The notes under the pieces are model-generated. The model saw only the letters and a program-made list of their open reading frames with translations, ran no database searches and was not told the origin of the DNA. The position numbers and the translations under genes are program-made. A stretch of 28,344 nt of DNA, taken from contig JBHLME010000055.1 of NCBI GenBank assembly GCA_048938445.1, forward strand, positions 1 through 28,344, written 5' to 3'. Below are positions 27,403 through 28,344 of the stretch, one piece after another. The first letter of the stretch is position 1; each line of letters opens with the position of its first letter. This stretch comes from Promethearchaeota archaeon (GTDB lineage: Archaea > Asgardarchaeota > Lokiarchaeia > Sigyniarchaeales > SOKP01).

Positions 27403-27780
27403 TTGCTTTATTTAATTAATGAAGGTGAAATTGAAATAATTATTATTTTAGAACAAATTGGAATCATTTCTATTTTCATCATCATAATCTCAATCCTTTT
27501 AATTGCTTTCATTAAATCTTCCAAAGATAAAATAAAACCATTGGGTGTTTTTACATTATTACTATCAATTATAATCGTTAACATGTTTATCTACAATCCA
27601 ATAATCAATTTTATCTCCTTTTTTTGCATTTTAATGGATTTTATTTATTTAATATATATTAATTTACCATATTTTGAATCCAAAAGGGACAATGATTTAT
27701 TTTTTGAGGTAAAAGATGAAATTTGGAATGAATTAAAAATAAATGATACTGTTATAAAGGAATATTCCAAAGGTGATTAG
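27403..27780 (+). CDS. Small membrane protein (about three TM helices); start uncertain
   Basis: Three hydrophobic stretches and an acidic tail. An internal AGGTGA at 27423-27428 suggests the real start is a few codons later. Confidence 0.6.
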   Translation: MLYLINEGEIEIIIILEQIGIISIFIIIISILLIAFIKSSKDKIKPLGVFTLLLSIIIVNMFIYNPIINFISFFCILMDFIYLIYINLPYFESKRDNDLFFEVKDEIWNELKINDTVIKEYSKGD

Positions 27781-28344
27781 AATTACTTTATTAATTTTTT
27801 TGATTTCTCTTCTACCTATTTTTATAGTTTTAATTGGTATATTTATCGTGTTTTTAAAACAAGATCAGAAAATCAGAAAAAATATAGTTATTGAAATAGT
27901 TTCAATTTCGTTAATTAGTAATTCTATCTTATTAATTTTATATAGTCTTAATAATATAGTTCAAAGGAATTTCTATTTTAATTTTGAGCGTGGTTCATTA
28001 CTTTTAGTTGAATTAATTTTATTTTTAGGATTATTTGTATCTCTCTTTTCTAAAGGTGAAATCGATTTGGTTATTAATGAAAATATCCATGATGGATTAA
28101 TATTAACAATTTTATTGGGTTTATGTTGTTGTACCTTAACTTTAAATATTCTCATAATTTCGCTTTGGTTAATTTTTGTTTTAGGATTTATAGGAATAAT
28201 TTTTTATTATTCAGATTATTTTAAACCTTTAAATATTTTAAGGTACTATATAATTGGCGTAATTATTTGCATTATTTTATTGTTTTTATCTTGTTTAATA
28301 ATATTTATACAATTTAATACTTTAATTTTAACGGAGATTCCAAT
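27773..28344 (+). CDS. Polytopic membrane protein running off the window end; resembles the N-terminal half of an MrpD/NuoN-type antiporter-like subunit
   Basis: Manual translation is open from GTG 27773 to the end: MIRITLLIFLISLLPIFIVLIG...ERGSLLLVELILFLGLFVSLFS...GLILTILLGLCCCTLTLNILIISLWLIFVLGFIGIIFYY...LRYYIIGVIICIILLFLSCLIIFIQFNTLILTEIP. Confidence 0.6.
   Translation, partial: MIRITLLIFLISLLPIFIVLIGIFIVFLKQDQKIRKNIVIEIVSISLISNSILLILYSLNNIVQRNFYFNFERGSLLLVELILFLGLFVSLFSKGEIDLVINENIHDGLILTILLGLCCCTLTLNILIISLWLIFVLGFIGIIFYYSDYFKPLNILRYYIIGVIICIILLFLSCLIIFIQFNTLILTEIP

Overview
Low-GC archaeal window, most likely an Asgard archaeon of the Lokiarchaeia type. This is inferred from an actin-family gene, a Rab/Ras-like GTPase, AGGTGA ribosome-binding sites, several HEAT proteins and a multi-PAS kinase. 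Ordinary genes: nfo, a type IA topoisomerase, purD, thiolase, a HAD hydrolase, an Fe-S protein, and a two-gene MgtE/SLC41-type transporter with a PhoU/TrkA-C partner. Most interesting: (1) a 236-aa protein built as coiled coil + (GGPPKAPG)n Pro-rich linker + C-terminal WH2/GAB-like helix-LKKI motif, encoded directly upstream of a divergent actin-related protein. It is a candidate Ena/VASP- or WASP-like actin regulator paired with its ARP. (2) Two genes appear to start at ATC behind AGGTG(A), both reading ATC-GCA-AAA-AAR-GAA, and one of them (86 aa) is absent from the ORF track. A tautomerase-like ORF also has its Pro-1 directly after a TTA codon. (3) A single-pass surface protein with a duplicated ~296-aa ectodomain and a cytoplasmic RING-like zinc finger, coupled to a wHTH regulator. 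(4) A Rab-like GTPase with a helical tail next to a coiled-coil gene. All calls come from reading motifs by eye; no searches were run.
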